Of a DNA stretch of 39,790 nt, positions 7,467-17,061 are shown in pieces. The translations under genes were made by a program, and so were the position numbers. Positions within the stretch are counted from its first letter, which is position 1; each line of letters starts with the position of its first letter. The stretch covers positions 1-39,790 of the IMG/VR virus record IMGVR_UViG_3300038809_000039; one strand, written 5' to 3'. The stretch comes from a virus (taxonomy: Duplodnaviria > Caudoviricetes). A model generated the notes under the pieces. That model was not told the origin of the DNA. It ran no database searches and worked only from the letters and a program-made list of their open reading frames with translations.

Positions 7467-10400
7467 GCGGTTGCACTCGCTGTAGTGGTTTTTGGCAACC
7501 CATCACCGTCCCAATGCTCAAGGAGCTTGCGGACTTTGCTGGAGTCAACTTTCATCGGGCCGACAATTTGCTTGATCACGTCGATGAGGATGTCCACCTT
7601 CTGCTCCAGCCGCCCTTCAGCACCTGCTGCGCCACCCATGGGCGCGGCCGGTCGAGTGAACACCTGGCTCGGCGAGCTGATATCCAAAACCGGTCCGCCA
7701 GCAGCAAACGCAGGAATTCGCCCGGCGTTCATCTGGTCGAGCAGTCCGGTACCGAACATTTTGGTGGCGGCGGCAGTCATGATGTATTCGCCGTTCGAAA
7801 GGCGAGCCACGATGCTGTCGCTTTCCCCGTTACCTGGCCCGGAAATCAGCCCGCCAGTGGCGTACCCTGGAAGCGTGTGGTTTGCCTTGGCCGCGTTGCG
7901 CACTGCTTCGATCAGTTGCTCAACCGAAATTGCGCCGGACGCCAACTGCTGTTGCCAGTAGGCCTTGCCTGCCGCATCAGCGGTGTAGCCCGATCCGTAA
8001 ACGGACTGGTACGCGGTATCAATCAGAGAGCTGGACTGCGGTGCTGTCAGGTTTTTACCGCCGATCCCTCCCAGTGCCGCCACCACCGCAGCGTTCATTG
8101 CGTTGACAGCGTCCTTCACGCTCAACACTGAATTATCTACACCGTTCAGCGCGTCGAGCTGTTGTTGGGCGAACGCCAGCTGATCATCCAGCCGGTCCAA
8201 CTGATCCTGCAGCGTCTTGACCGTCTGCTGAGCGCTGGTGAGCTGTTTGCCATTCAGCTTGTTGAGCTCGGCCACGACATTGGCTGTGCGGCCTTGATCG
8301 CGGTTGAAGTCCTCGAGCGAGGAGTACAAATCGGTATTGTTGCTACCGACTGTATCCAGCGCATCGGTGAGCCCTTCGAAACCTGCCAGCGAACCGCCTG
8401 CACGGGCGATGGCAAGAGCGCTTTGCAGAGTGGCCTGCGCTTGGGAACGCAGCATTTTTACCGCGTCATCGGAGTCGCCCCTTAACGCCTTGAGGGCGGT
8501 GCTCAGCCCGCTGCTAACGCTGGTCAGATCACTGACCCGGGTGTTCGCCGTGGTCAGCATGTCGTTGATCGACGCCTTTTGAGCGTTAAGCGATCGAACC
8601 AAAGTGCTATTGGCTGCGGTCGCCGCATCAACCAGTTTCTGAGAGGCATCCGCCGCCGCTTGCAACGCATCCTTGGCAGTCTGGTCCAGCGCGGTGTAAT
8701 ACGAGTTTGCCGACGACGCCAACCCCATGAGCGTGGCGAACATTGCCTGCCCCGCAGCGGTAGTGACATCGATGCCTTCGACCAGGGCTCGAAATGCCGG
8801 CTTGCTGTCCGGCAAGTTCAGGCCAAAGCCAGCAAACGCCCCTGTAAGGGATTTTTTCAGATCGTCGAATTGCTCCTGCTCACTGAAGAACGAGCTGTAG
8901 TAGTCGTTCACCACCTTGTTTAGAGCGTCCACTTTGTCCTGAGCAGTGGCGGTCGCCTCGTCCAGTTTGGACATGCTCGCAACGATATTCAGGATGTTGT
9001 CCGAAGCGATCAGTCCGTTCTCGCCCATCTTCAGCGAGTTGACGTTGATACGCTCCAGCGCAGCATTGACGCCGTTGAACCGGGTGAACACGCCTTCGAT
9101 GGCCTTAATCACCTCATCGGCCGTGGTGTCCCAACTGGCGGCGAACTCGGTGAACTGAGCCTTGAAATAGTCTGGCAACGACTTCGAGCTGACGATCGCC
9201 TTCGCGAGGAAGGTGCCCATCACGTCGTCATAGTTGGCAGTCAGGGCCGCCGCGGCATCCGCCGCTTCGAACTGCTGGTGAATGTTCAGATCATCCGCGC
9301 CGCCGCCATCGATGGTGGCGCCGAAGGTGGTCGAATACTTACCGGAAGTCTTGCGGACCTGCATCATGTCGTAGGCGTAGACCTGCGCACCGTCACCCAG
9401 CACCTTGTAAAGCATGCCCAGCGTGCTGGTGAACTGCGCGACCGTGGAATCCATCTGCGAGTCAGCTGCGGAGCCGTATTTCGGCGCCTTGGTCTGCCAG
9501 CCTTGAACAATGCCACCGGTGTTGTACTGCCCGCCCGCATAAGTGCCTTGGGCCGAGGTGCTGTAATCGTCATATTTCTCGCCAGAGCTGAACAACTTGT
9601 CAGCCCCGAACGCGCCTGCGACCGCTCCTACAGCGAACCCGATAGCCGTCCCGATGCCAGGCATGATGTAGGAGCCAATAGCCGCGCCAGCCGCAGCCAT
9701 ACCGCCGGTGACCGCCGCGCCCTTCAAGCCGTACTGCTGGAAGGACGTGAAGATGGTGTACACACCCTGGATGTAGCTCAGCACGACGCTCAATGTGGCC
9801 AGACTGTTCGAGGCGGCAGTGCTGGTGGCTGCGCTGCCGAAGCTTGCCTCAGCACCGACCTGCGCTGCCGCACCAGCCGAGGACGTCAGCCCTCCGCCCG
9901 AGCCGGCCAGGTACAAGCCTGTGTTGGTGCCAACGACGTTGCCCGCCTGAACCGACAAGGAACTGAGTCCCTGCGCAGTCAGATTGGTTGCCAGTTGAGA
10001 TGCTGTGGTTGCGGCAGCAGCGGTACCGGTAGCGAAAGCGCTTTCCACGGCGCCTTTGAAATAATCAGCCCCGTTGTTGAAGGCGCCTTCTAAACCACCG
10101 CTTAGGCCTTCACCCCCATTCCAGCCGGACATGACAGCTTGGCCAAATTTGCTGCCCGCAACAGAGATAGTATTACTGACGTTCCCAAGCAGCGATGTGA
10201 TGCCGTTACCACCGCCGCCGGTCAGCCCCCCGAACAGTCCTGACGACTGAGCGGCACCGGCCCCAATTCCGAGCGAACTGGCAAACTGGACGATGATTGG
10301 CTTGGTGATCGCCATGTGCAGCAACTCGGCGAGGAACTGCCGAAAGCTATCCTTGAGCGTGTCCATGAAGTTGCCGGACTTGCTCAGAACGGATTTCCAC

Positions 10401-13400
10401 ATGTCGGCGAAAGCGCTATCCACCCGATCTACGGCGCCTTCGGTGAACTTGCCCCAGGCGGTGGTCGCCTGCTGATTCTGCTGATACTCAACACCCAGAC
10501 GCGACAACGCATCGCGATACGCATCGGCTTTCTCAGGGTACAGCTCCATCGCCTTGTTGAGCGCAGCCTGCTCTTCCGTGTAGTCGCGCAGCAGTTTGGT
10601 CTGAGGATATAGGCGGTCAACGATTCCATTCGCTTTGTTGGCCTGCTCTACGGCTTTGTTGTTGTCCAGTTGGGCCTGAGTCGCGGCTACAAGCTGGTCG
10701 TACTCTTTCGATCCTACGGCGATCTTCTTGCCAATCAGTTCGGCCTGCACAGACTTCGCGACGTTGAATGCGTCGATGGCGGCCTGGCCCTGCAGCGTTG
10801 CGACAGCTTCCTTTTCAAGGTTGCCAATCTCCACCCGCATATCAGCGATGTGCTTGGAGACATCTGCCCGATCCTGGGCGTCCTGCATGTCATTGATCGA
10901 TTTGGTGACTTTATCGCGCGCGCCGGCGCCGGTTTTCAGCAGCTCCTCTTCAATCTTCTGCTGGATCGTCAGCGCTCGGACGTTGTCGGCCCCGCCAAGA
11001 TAGGCGTCGGCCATGTCATTCGAAGCTTTTGCTGCGATACCTGATTTTGAGAGCAGATCCCCAAGGGCTTTCTGCTGAGCCTTCAACGCGCGCGCCGCTT
11101 CGTTCGCAGCCTTGTCGACCCGCTTGTTCGCGTCAGTTGTCGCGTCCAGCTGTGCAACCGCAGCGTCTGCGCGCTGATCGGGCGTGGCTTTTGGCACGAC
11201 CGGAGCCGCCGGAGGTGTACCACCATTGGTGAGCAAGCCGTAACCGGTCTGATTCTTGGTGTCTGGCTTTGCGTCAGGCAGCAGAAGCAGGTTCCTGCCT
11301 TTAGTCAGGTTCACAGCCTGGTCGATCACGCGCTGCATGGCGTTGACCTGCCGACTGGCGCTGTCCTCGGCCGCCTTGGCCGTGTCGTCCAGCGCTTTCT
11401 TCTGCGCGGCAGCGGTCTCGTTCGCTGCATCCTCGGCGGCGTAAAGCGCCACGAGCTGAGCCCTCAGACGGGCCTTGTCGGCTTCCGCACTTTGCTTGAT
11501 CGCCTCTTGGTACCTTTTGAGGACGTCAGTCTGATCGGCGATGATCTTGGCCTGGGCCGCCTGAGCCGGAGTCGCGCCCATTTTTGCTGCGGTGTATACA
11601 GCTTCAGCGGCAGCGTTCGCGCCAAGCAAGTCGCGAGTTTTCGTCAGCTGCTCAATGTATTTATCCCAAGCGACTTGGTTTGCGCTGGTCTGGCCGCCTC
11701 CCTGCTGCGCCGCGGTAAGTTTCTCGGTGCTCGTCGCCGCACTGTTGGTGGCCACGCTGACGGCGTTGAGCTTATCCCCAAAACCTGACGCGTTCTTACT
11801 GTTCTGGGCATAGGCCGCCGAAAGCTCAGTCAAGCGATCCACCTGAATCGGTAGGAGCTTGACGTTGTCCTTCGCCCACGCGGTAACGCTGTCCAAGGAG
11901 CGGGTGCCGGCTTTGACCTCGCCGATCATCCGCACGAACTGATCCTGGTAGTCCGTGCTTCCCTTGTTGATCTGGTTCAGGCTTTCCATAACCTTGAACG
12001 AATAGGCATCAAGGTCAGACGCCGCCTCGTTAAGTGCAGCCTTTTGCTCTTTCTGCCAGGTAGCGACTTGAAAACGCTGCTGCTCGGCGCTCAGATCCTT
12101 ATACTTTTGCGTCGTTTGATCAACGGTCAGGCCGTGATCGATAAGCGCCTTGCTGGCTCGGTCCGTACTACTTCCGAAGTCGATGAATGAAGCCGCTACC
12201 AGCGCTACGGTCGCAATCATGCCGACGGGCCCTGTCAGCAACCCAAGCAAGCCCCCCGCCGCTGTGGCTGTACTCGCAAACGCGCGCGTGCCAATGCCAG
12301 CGGCTTCTTCGAGCCTTTTAGATTCAGCCACGGCTTTATTCAAGGCCATCTTTGATTCGGCCCATGCAGCCGTAGCTGCCACGTCCTTTTCCATCGCGGC
12401 CTGCACTGCGGCCGACGTGGCGATAGTGGTCTCTGCCAAAACCTGCTCAGAGGTCCGCAATTGTCCAGTAATTGCGATCTCCGCCTGACGGAGTTCGAGC
12501 ATCCGGGCAACTGTTTGCTGGCGACCTACCTCAGTGATCTGAGACTTCAGGCGCTGCGCCTCAAGTTCTCGGTCAGCTATCAGTTGTGCCTGTACCATCT
12601 CAAGACTGGCAATGTCTGATTGCTGCCGTATGCGATCAGCAGCAACCGTTTGCTCAGCGGCTGCAACTTCAGCCTTCGCTCGCTCCATGGCCGCAGTGCT
12701 ATCTAAAGCCTTGGCCTGAGCCGACTGGGTTGCAGCCCAGGCTGCACGACCATCTGCCGCAATCTGAGCATTGGTAGCAGAGATGCTGGACATGGTGGCT
12801 GCGAATCGTTTGATGGATTCGACAGTGTTTGCCGCAAATGCCACCGTTGCCTGGCCTACCGACAGAGCAAGCCGTGCGCCGATGACAACTGCCAGTCGTT
12901 CCACGGCCGTCGTTACATTTGCGGCCGTATCCGATAACGACGCCCCGTCTTTCGAAACGGCGTCCAGGCTCTGAGAAACCGAAGTCAGAACCCCGGCCAG
13001 CTTCTGGCTCACGCCCGACGTCTGATCGAGCTTGCCGATGAGGTTGGTCGCGGAGTTGTCGAGCCGTGTGGTGGCAGCGCCTACGGTGTTCTGCATCTTG
13101 CCGAACAGGTCGTTCACGGCGCCAGCTTGGGCTTGGAGCGCTTTCACCACAGAGTCAGCGGTGAGCTTGCCAGATGCTCCCAGTGTCCGGAGAGCGCCCA
13201 CAGACACGCCCATACCCTTCGCGATAGCCTGGGCAAGCGCCGGGGCCTGTTCGAGCACAGAGTTCAGCTCTTCGCCACGCAGGGTGCCAGACGCGAATGC
13301 CTGTCCCAGCTGGATCAGCGCAGCATTTGCCGATTCGGCCGACGCGCCGCTGATGACCATGGTTTTGCTGATCGTCTCGACGATGCCCGCCACGCCTTGA

Positions 13401-13825
13401 CCGGTAAGCTTCAACTCTTTCTGGTTGGTTGCGATCCGCTGATAAAGCTCGGCGGTAGCCGTCAGAGGCTGGCCGGAGCGTTGAGCGATATCGAAAACGG
13501 CATTCTGAGCCGCTGTGAATTCTGCCGCGCTCGACGTCACCAGTTTCAGTCGGTTGGCAATGGTGGTGTAGGCCTCGGCGTGCTTCAGCAGTTCGCTGAT
13601 GCCTGCAACGCTGACCATGCCAGCGAGCGCACCTTTCAACACACCGGCCGCCGCCTGCGCACTTGCACCTGCCCGGTCAAAAGCGCTGTCTACCCGGCTC
13701 AGCTGGGCATCAATACGTCCGGAGACCTGCGCGACGGTCGAATCCGCTTTCGCCATTTCCTGGCGCAGCTGTGCTGTCGTTGCCTCCAGCCGGATCAGCA
13801 TCCCGCGAACTTCTTGACCTGCCAT
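7463..13825 (-). CDS. Tail tape measure protein (2120 aa)
   Basis: Tape-measure N-domain (ALIQLGQAFASGTLRGEELNSVLEQAP), long Ala/Gln-rich helical body, Gly-rich hydrophobic stretches and C-terminal GYATGGLISGPG...SNGEY motif. Confidence 0.95.
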   Translation of the reverse strand: MAGQEVRGMLIRLEATTAQLRQEMAKADSTVAQVSGRIDAQLSRVDSAFDRAGASAQAAAGVLKGALAGMVSVAGISELLKHAEAYTTIANRLKLVTSSAAEFTAAQNAVFDIAQRSGQPLTATAELYQRIATNQKELKLTGQGVAGIVETISKTMVISGASAESANAALIQLGQAFASGTLRGEELNSVLEQAPALAQAIAKGMGVSVGALRTLGASGKLTADSVVKALQAQAGAVNDLFGKMQNTVGAATTRLDNSATNLIGKLDQTSGVSQKLAGVLTSVSQSLDAVSKDGASLSDTAANVTTAVERLAVVIGARLALSVGQATVAFAANTVESIKRFAATMSSISATNAQIAADGRAAWAATQSAQAKALDSTAAMERAKAEVAAAEQTVAADRIRQQSDIASLEMVQAQLIADRELEAQRLKSQITEVGRQQTVARMLELRQAEIAITGQLRTSEQVLAETTIATSAAVQAAMEKDVAATAAWAESKMALNKAVAESKRLEEAAGIGTRAFASTATAAGGLLGLLTGPVGMIATVALVAASFIDFGSSTDRASKALIDHGLTVDQTTQKYKDLSAEQQRFQVATWQKEQKAALNEAASDLDAYSFKVMESLNQINKGSTDYQDQFVRMIGEVKAGTRSLDSVTAWAKDNVKLLPIQVDRLTELSAAYAQNSKNASGFGDKLNAVSVATNSAATSTEKLTAAQQGGGQTSANQVAWDKYIEQLTKTRDLLGANAAAEAVYTAAKMGATPAQAAQAKIIADQTDVLKRYQEAIKQSAEADKARLRAQLVALYAAEDAANETAAAQKKALDDTAKAAEDSASRQVNAMQRVIDQAVNLTKGRNLLLLPDAKPDTKNQTGYGLLTNGGTPPAAPVVPKATPDQRADAAVAQLDATTDANKRVDKAANEAARALKAQQKALGDLLSKSGIAAKASNDMADAYLGGADNVRALTIQQKIEEELLKTGAGARDKVTKSINDMQDAQDRADVSKHIADMRVEIGNLEKEAVATLQGQAAIDAFNVAKSVQAELIGKKIAVGSKEYDQLVAATQAQLDNNKAVEQANKANGIVDRLYPQTKLLRDYTEEQAALNKAMELYPEKADAYRDALSRLGVEYQQNQQATTAWGKFTEGAVDRVDSAFADMWKSVLSKSGNFMDTLKDSFRQFLAELLHMAITKPIIVQFASSLGIGAGAAQSSGLFGGLTGGGGNGITSLLGNVSNTISVAGSKFGQAVMSGWNGGEGLSGGLEGAFNNGADYFKGAVESAFATGTAAAATTASQLATNLTAQGLSSLSVQAGNVVGTNTGLYLAGSGGGLTSSAGAAAQVGAEASFGSAATSTAASNSLATLSVVLSYIQGVYTIFTSFQQYGLKGAAVTGGMAAAGAAIGSYIMPGIGTAIGFAVGAVAGAFGADKLFSSGEKYDDYSTSAQGTYAGGQYNTGGIVQGWQTKAPKYGSAADSQMDSTVAQFTSTLGMLYKVLGDGAQVYAYDMMQVRKTSGKYSTTFGATIDGGGADDLNIHQQFEAADAAAALTANYDDVMGTFLAKAIVSSKSLPDYFKAQFTEFAASWDTTADEVIKAIEGVFTRFNGVNAALERINVNSLKMGENGLIASDNILNIVASMSKLDEATATAQDKVDALNKVVNDYYSSFFSEQEQFDDLKKSLTGAFAGFGLNLPDSKPAFRALVEGIDVTTAAGQAMFATLMGLASSANSYYTALDQTAKDALQAAADASQKLVDAATAANSTLVRSLNAQKASINDMLTTANTRVSDLTSVSSGLSTALKALRGDSDDAVKMLRSQAQATLQSALAIARAGGSLAGFEGLTDALDTVGSNNTDLYSSLEDFNRDQGRTANVVAELNKLNGKQLTSAQQTVKTLQDQLDRLDDQLAFAQQQLDALNGVDNSVLSVKDAVNAMNAAVVAALGGIGGKNLTAPQSSSLIDTAYQSVYGSGYTADAAGKAYWQQQLASGAISVEQLIEAVRNAAKANHTLPGYATGGLISGPGNGESDSIVARLSNGEYIMTAAATKMFGTGLLDQMNAGRIPAFAAGGPVLDISSPSQVFTRPAAPMGGAAGAEGRLEQKVDILIDVIKQIVGPMKVDSSKVRKLLEHWDGDGLPKTTTASATA

Positions 13826-13843
13826 TCACTTTTCTCCGGGCAC

Positions 13844-13865
13844 AAAAAACCCGCACGTGGCGGGT
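13844..13865 (-). terminator. Intrinsic terminator-like hairpin upstream of the tape measure
   Basis: AAAAAACCCGC-acgtg-GCGGGT. Confidence 0.55.
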
Positions 13866-13906
13866 CAGGGTATTGCTTGAATTCAGCGCAGACGCTGCGG
13901 GTAGAC

Positions 13907-14161
13907 TTATCCGCGCGTTCCGCGAATCTTGGCCTTGATGCGCTGCCGTTTTTCTTCGGGCGTTTCGTTTGGAGGCGGCCCGCTGGACTCGCCAGAGCCA
14001 TCAGACTGACCGTATGGGTTCGTCGCTCGCAGAAACTCGACCTTCGCTTCCCACGCCATCAAGATTTCAGGCACTGCGGCAGTCCAAGCTTCGCTGGGCG
14101 GCCAGCCAAGGTAACCGGTGGCTATGCCGAACAACTCGTCGACATAGCTACCGTCACCCAC
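13907..14161 (-). CDS. Tail assembly chaperone, C-terminal (gpT-like) part reached by -1 frameshift
   Basis: LGWPPSEAW...EI motif. In the -1 frame relative to the upstream chaperone and open from the slippery site. Confidence 0.75.
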   Translation of the reverse strand: MGDGSYVDELFGIATGYLGWPPSEAWTAAVPEILMAWEAKVEFLRATNPYGQSDGSGESSGPPPNETPEEKRQRIKAKIRGTRG

Positions 14162-14166
14162 CCGTC

Positions 14167-14529
14167 TTACTTTTTTGCGCTACCGGTGGCAGCAGCCGCT
14201 TCGGCTTCGGCCATCTGGTCGGCGGTTTTTGCGGCAGGGTTCAGCAATGCGCTCAGGTACTCGATCAGTGTCGGGGTCACGCTGATCATACCGGCCTGAT
14301 AAACCGCTTCTTCCAGCGCTTCCTGCTCCGACGGTTTAAGCGCCAGGCCAGCGCCAGCGGTAATCACCTGGATGATCGCGGACAGGTTGAAGCGCTGCAC
14401 TTCCTGCATGGCGATAAAGACGCTGCCGAGCATACGCTCGATTTTCTTCACCGCTTTGAGGTTGAAAGTCAGGGTGTACGAGTCGTCGCCAACGTTCAGT
14501 TCAACGGTGCCGTGGTCAGTCTTGGACAT
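14167..14529 (-). CDS. Tail assembly chaperone (gpG-like)
   Basis: Lies between tail tube and tape measure and ends in a slippery heptamer. Confidence 0.8.
   Translation of the reverse strand: MSKTDHGTVELNVGDDSYTLTFNLKAVKKIERMLGSVFIAMQEVQRFNLSAIIQVITAGAGLALKPSEQEALEEAVYQAGMISVTPTLIEYLSALLNPAAKTADQMAEAEAAAATGSAKK
14170..14176 (-). promoter_or_regulatory. Programmed -1 ribosomal frameshift site A AAA AAG
   Basis: ...GCA AAA AAG TAA. The -1 frame continues KKVRRVGDGSYVDE into ORF 13907-14161, the lambda G/GT arrangement. Confidence 0.85.
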
Positions 14530-14610
14530 GGATCGGTGTTCCTTATGGAGAGAGATTTAGAACAGGCGCTGCGAGCGCGGCGCCTGGGTCTTTGCAGCGA
14601 ACCATCAGCC

Positions 14611-15093
14611 TTACGGGGTTACCGGGGCTTCCTGCTCGTAAACTGCGGAGTTGATCGCGACCGAAACGGTAGCCTTGCGGATCGCTTCGGCGGTGCCGAT
14701 CTGCTTGCGGAAGCTCAACACCTGGCCGGTGTAGAAATCCGCCTCGCCGTCGCCGTAATCGATCTGAATGGCGTAGTTGTCATCGCTTCGCTGCGCCGCT
14801 TTCAGCGCTTTCTGACCAGCGTCTTTTGGATCAGAGCCCAAAGTGAACTGCTGGGTGCCGGCGTCGTAGGTGCCCTTAACTTTGCGCTTACGGCGGTTGG
14901 CCAACGCGGTGAAATCAGATGTGCTGGCCTCGTCGCCGATTTCGCCAGCGTCTTCCACCTCGCCGATTTCGACGTAGGTCAGAGCTTTCAGTGCTGTCAG
15001 CGCGGCAGCTCGACCGGCATCGTCTTCGCCGTAGGTGACGTTGTGTGCCGGACCGATCAAAACTCGGATGCCAGCGGAAGTATCAATAGCCAT
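14611..15093 (-). CDS. Major tail tube protein
   Basis: EIGEVEDAGEIG...RKRKVKGTYDAG...DPKDAGQKALKAA...FYTGQV pattern and gene position. Confidence 0.85.
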   Translation of the reverse strand: MAIDTSAGIRVLIGPAHNVTYGEDDAGRAAALTALKALTYVEIGEVEDAGEIGDEASTSDFTALANRRKRKVKGTYDAGTQQFTLGSDPKDAGQKALKAAQRSDDNYAIQIDYGDGEADFYTGQVLSFRKQIGTAEAIRKATVSVAINSAVYEQEAPVTP

Positions 15094-15129
15094 GGTTGCC
15101 CTCCAGAGAGCGAGTGGTTTTTAAGCAAT

Positions 15130-15152
15130 AAAAAACCCGCTCAGTGGCGGGT
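15130..15152 (-). terminator. Intrinsic terminator-like hairpin
   Basis: AAAAAACCCGC-tcagtg-GCGGGT. Confidence 0.5.
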
Positions 15153-15172
15153 GCGGGTGTTGCTCGGCGGTT

Positions 15173-15559
15173 TCAGTGCTGGGTGATGATCCTGAGAGTC
15201 ACCGATCCCATGTAAGTTTTTCCGTCAGGCTCGCGGTTGGTCTCCGTGCGAATCACACGAACCGAAACAGCGGTGCCGGTGGCCAACGGCAGGGCGACCT
15301 CGTCCAGCGCGTCGACGATCTCGCCATTGATGCGCTTGACCTCGGCCTGCCCTTGATAATCCGACCAGATCGAGAGGTAAAACAGCCGGTTTTCACGCCT
15401 CTTACCGCTGATCGGCGTGGTGTTGTCGACGGCCTCGTAGTCCAAGGTCACGTAAGGAAACGGCGTGTCATCGGGGACGTCATCAAAGACGGGTGCCGAC
15501 AGACTCGCTGACAACTTTTCGTAAATCGCTTTTTGAAGCGCGAGGCCTAGGTCGCTCAT
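15173..15559 (-). CDS. Tail completion/terminator protein (DUF3168-like)
   Basis: LQKAIYEKL...VFDDVP...PFPYVT...IWSDYQG pattern. Confidence 0.8.
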   Translation of the reverse strand: MSDLGLALQKAIYEKLSASLSAPVFDDVPDDTPFPYVTLDYEAVDNTTPISGKRRENRLFYLSIWSDYQGQAEVKRINGEIVDALDEVALPLATGTAVSVRVIRTETNREPDGKTYMGSVTLRIITQH

Positions 15560-15990
15560 TTGCCCTCCGCCGCTTTCCGCAGTGTCGAATCAATCGCACG
15601 ACTGATCAAAGTCGCTATCTGATCTCGGTTCATGTCGTACGAGGGTCTGAGCCACGGATGCGCTGGCTTGGCCCCTACGACATGTTCACCTCGGGTGTAC
15701 TGCTTGGTGCCGTACTCGAGAAAGATGCCGTAGAAGAAATGCCGGTTAGCTTTTTTGCCACGAATCCCGATCTGCGCATCAAGCCCGCTTTTCGAGACGA
15801 ATGCCTCAAGTGAATCCTCGATGTGATCGGAGGAATTCGGATCACGAGGGATCAAGTGTTGCTGCGTGGCCAGGACCAGATCAGCAGCCTCGACCATCGC
15901 TGGCCGCAAGTCGCTTTCGATCTCGTTGCCGATACGGCGCAACAGGCCGCGAAGCTTGAAGTCGCCCTGAATGCTTGATCGGCGGGCCAT
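15556..15990 (-). CDS. HK97 gp10-like tail component
   Basis: FYGIFLEYGT...AHPWLRPSYD. Confidence 0.85.
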   Translation of the reverse strand: MARRSSIQGDFKLRGLLRRIGNEIESDLRPAMVEAADLVLATQQHLIPRDPNSSDHIEDSLEAFVSKSGLDAQIGIRGKKANRHFFYGIFLEYGTKQYTRGEHVVGAKPAHPWLRPSYDMNRDQIATLISRAIDSTLRKAAEGK

Positions 15991-15992
15991 GG

Positions 15993-16181
15993 TTAGCTCT
16001 TCGCTTTAGATTTCGACGGTTTTGCAGGCGCGGTTTCCGGCTCAGGCTCACTCTCAGCGGTGCGCTCCACCAAACCACGTGCGACCAAGGCATCCGCCTC
16101 AGTTGCGTTCACAACGAACTCTTCGCCCGGAAGTTTCCAGCCGTTCACGGTGGATAGACGGGCCAATGCTTTTACTTTCAT
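15993..16181 (-). CDS. Small head-tail region hypothetical protein
   Basis: GEEFVV...ADALVARGLVE with a Lys-rich tail. GAGG RBS. Confidence 0.7.
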   Translation of the reverse strand: MKVKALARLSTVNGWKLPGEEFVVNATEADALVARGLVERTAESEPEPETAPAKPSKSKAKS

Positions 16182-16189
16182 GGTTCACC

Positions 16190-16513
16190 TCATGGGTTTG
16201 TGACGTTTGAACACAGCAGGCGCAGCATCGTACGGTCGTTGTCCGGCAGCACCGCTTCGATGAGGTAAGTCTCACTAGTGAAATACAGCCTCTGACCGGC
16301 CTTGAAGCCGCTGGACATCCGTACGCGAATTTCGGCTGTGACAATCGCCTTGATTTGCTGAGCGGTTGGAGAAGTTCGCCCGGTCGGGATGGTGATCTCG
16401 GCGCGCACCTTGCGCACCTCGACCCACGGCATAGGCTTTCCGCCACCCATACCGTCAGAACTGCGCCCCTGTTCTTTCAGCGAGCCGCGATGACGTAAGG
16501 GACCGGCTCTCAT
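16190..16513 (-). CDS. Head closure (head-tail adaptor) protein
   Basis: MRAGPLRHR...DGMGG...YLIEAVLPD...LRLLC. Confidence 0.85.
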   Translation of the reverse strand: MRAGPLRHRGSLKEQGRSSDGMGGGKPMPWVEVRKVRAEITIPTGRTSPTAQQIKAIVTAEIRVRMSSGFKAGQRLYFTSETYLIEAVLPDNDRTMLRLLCSNVTNP

Positions 16514-16809
16514 CAGAAACGCTTCCTTGTCCAGAGAAGGGCCTCGACGCCCATCGGTACCCGGTTTGCAGTGGCGTTGACGACCACGTCTTCGCGGTTC
16601 GCGTACCAGTGCCCCACCAGCAGCAGGATGGCCTGTTGCACGTCGTCAGTAAGCGCCATTTGGTCATCGCTCAGTGGCGCTTCCACAATCCGGCGATCAC
16701 AATGCTGCTGCACATACGAGACCGCCGCGTTGAGATAGGCCCCGATGATCACGTCGTCCAGGTCGTCATCGACCCGCAAGTGCTCTTTGACGAGGGCAAG
16801 GTCGATCAT
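16513..16809 (-). CDS. Head-tail connector (HK97 gp6-like)
   Basis: VKEHLRVD...AILLLVGHWYANRE. Confidence 0.92.
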   Translation of the reverse strand: MIDLALVKEHLRVDDDLDDVIIGAYLNAAVSYVQQHCDRRIVEAPLSDDQMALTDDVQQAILLLVGHWYANREDVVVNATANRVPMGVEALLWTRKRF

Positions 16810-17001
16810 TTACTTGTTCTCGTTGGGCTTGGCCGATTTTTTATCGGACGCTTTGGCCTTTTCGACCAGACCCTCGCCGATCAGGATGCCGGCGAGCTCC
16901 TCGTCTTCGACATCAAGAATTTGGCCGGCCTGAATACGGCCGCTCGCGGTCCCGAGCTTTTCAGGATCGCCTTCAAAGCCCCACAGCGCTTTCAGTTCCA
17001 T
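16810..17001 (-). CDS. Small capsid-associated hypothetical protein
   Basis: Short ORF after the capsid gene with GGAG RBS. Similar in type to 15993-16181. Confidence 0.7.
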   Translation of the reverse strand: MELKALWGFEGDPEKLGTASGRIQAGQILDVEDEELAGILIGEGLVEKAKASDKKSAKPNENK

Positions 17002-17015
17002 GGTGTTTCTCCAAC

Positions 17016-17039
17016 AAAAAAAAGGGGCCGTGAGGCCCC
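17016..17039 (-). terminator. Terminator after the major capsid gene
   Basis: Minus strand GGGGCC-tcac-GGCCCC-TTTTTTTT. Confidence 0.75.
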
Positions 17040-17061
17040 AGAGGTGACGAGCACCGAAGGT

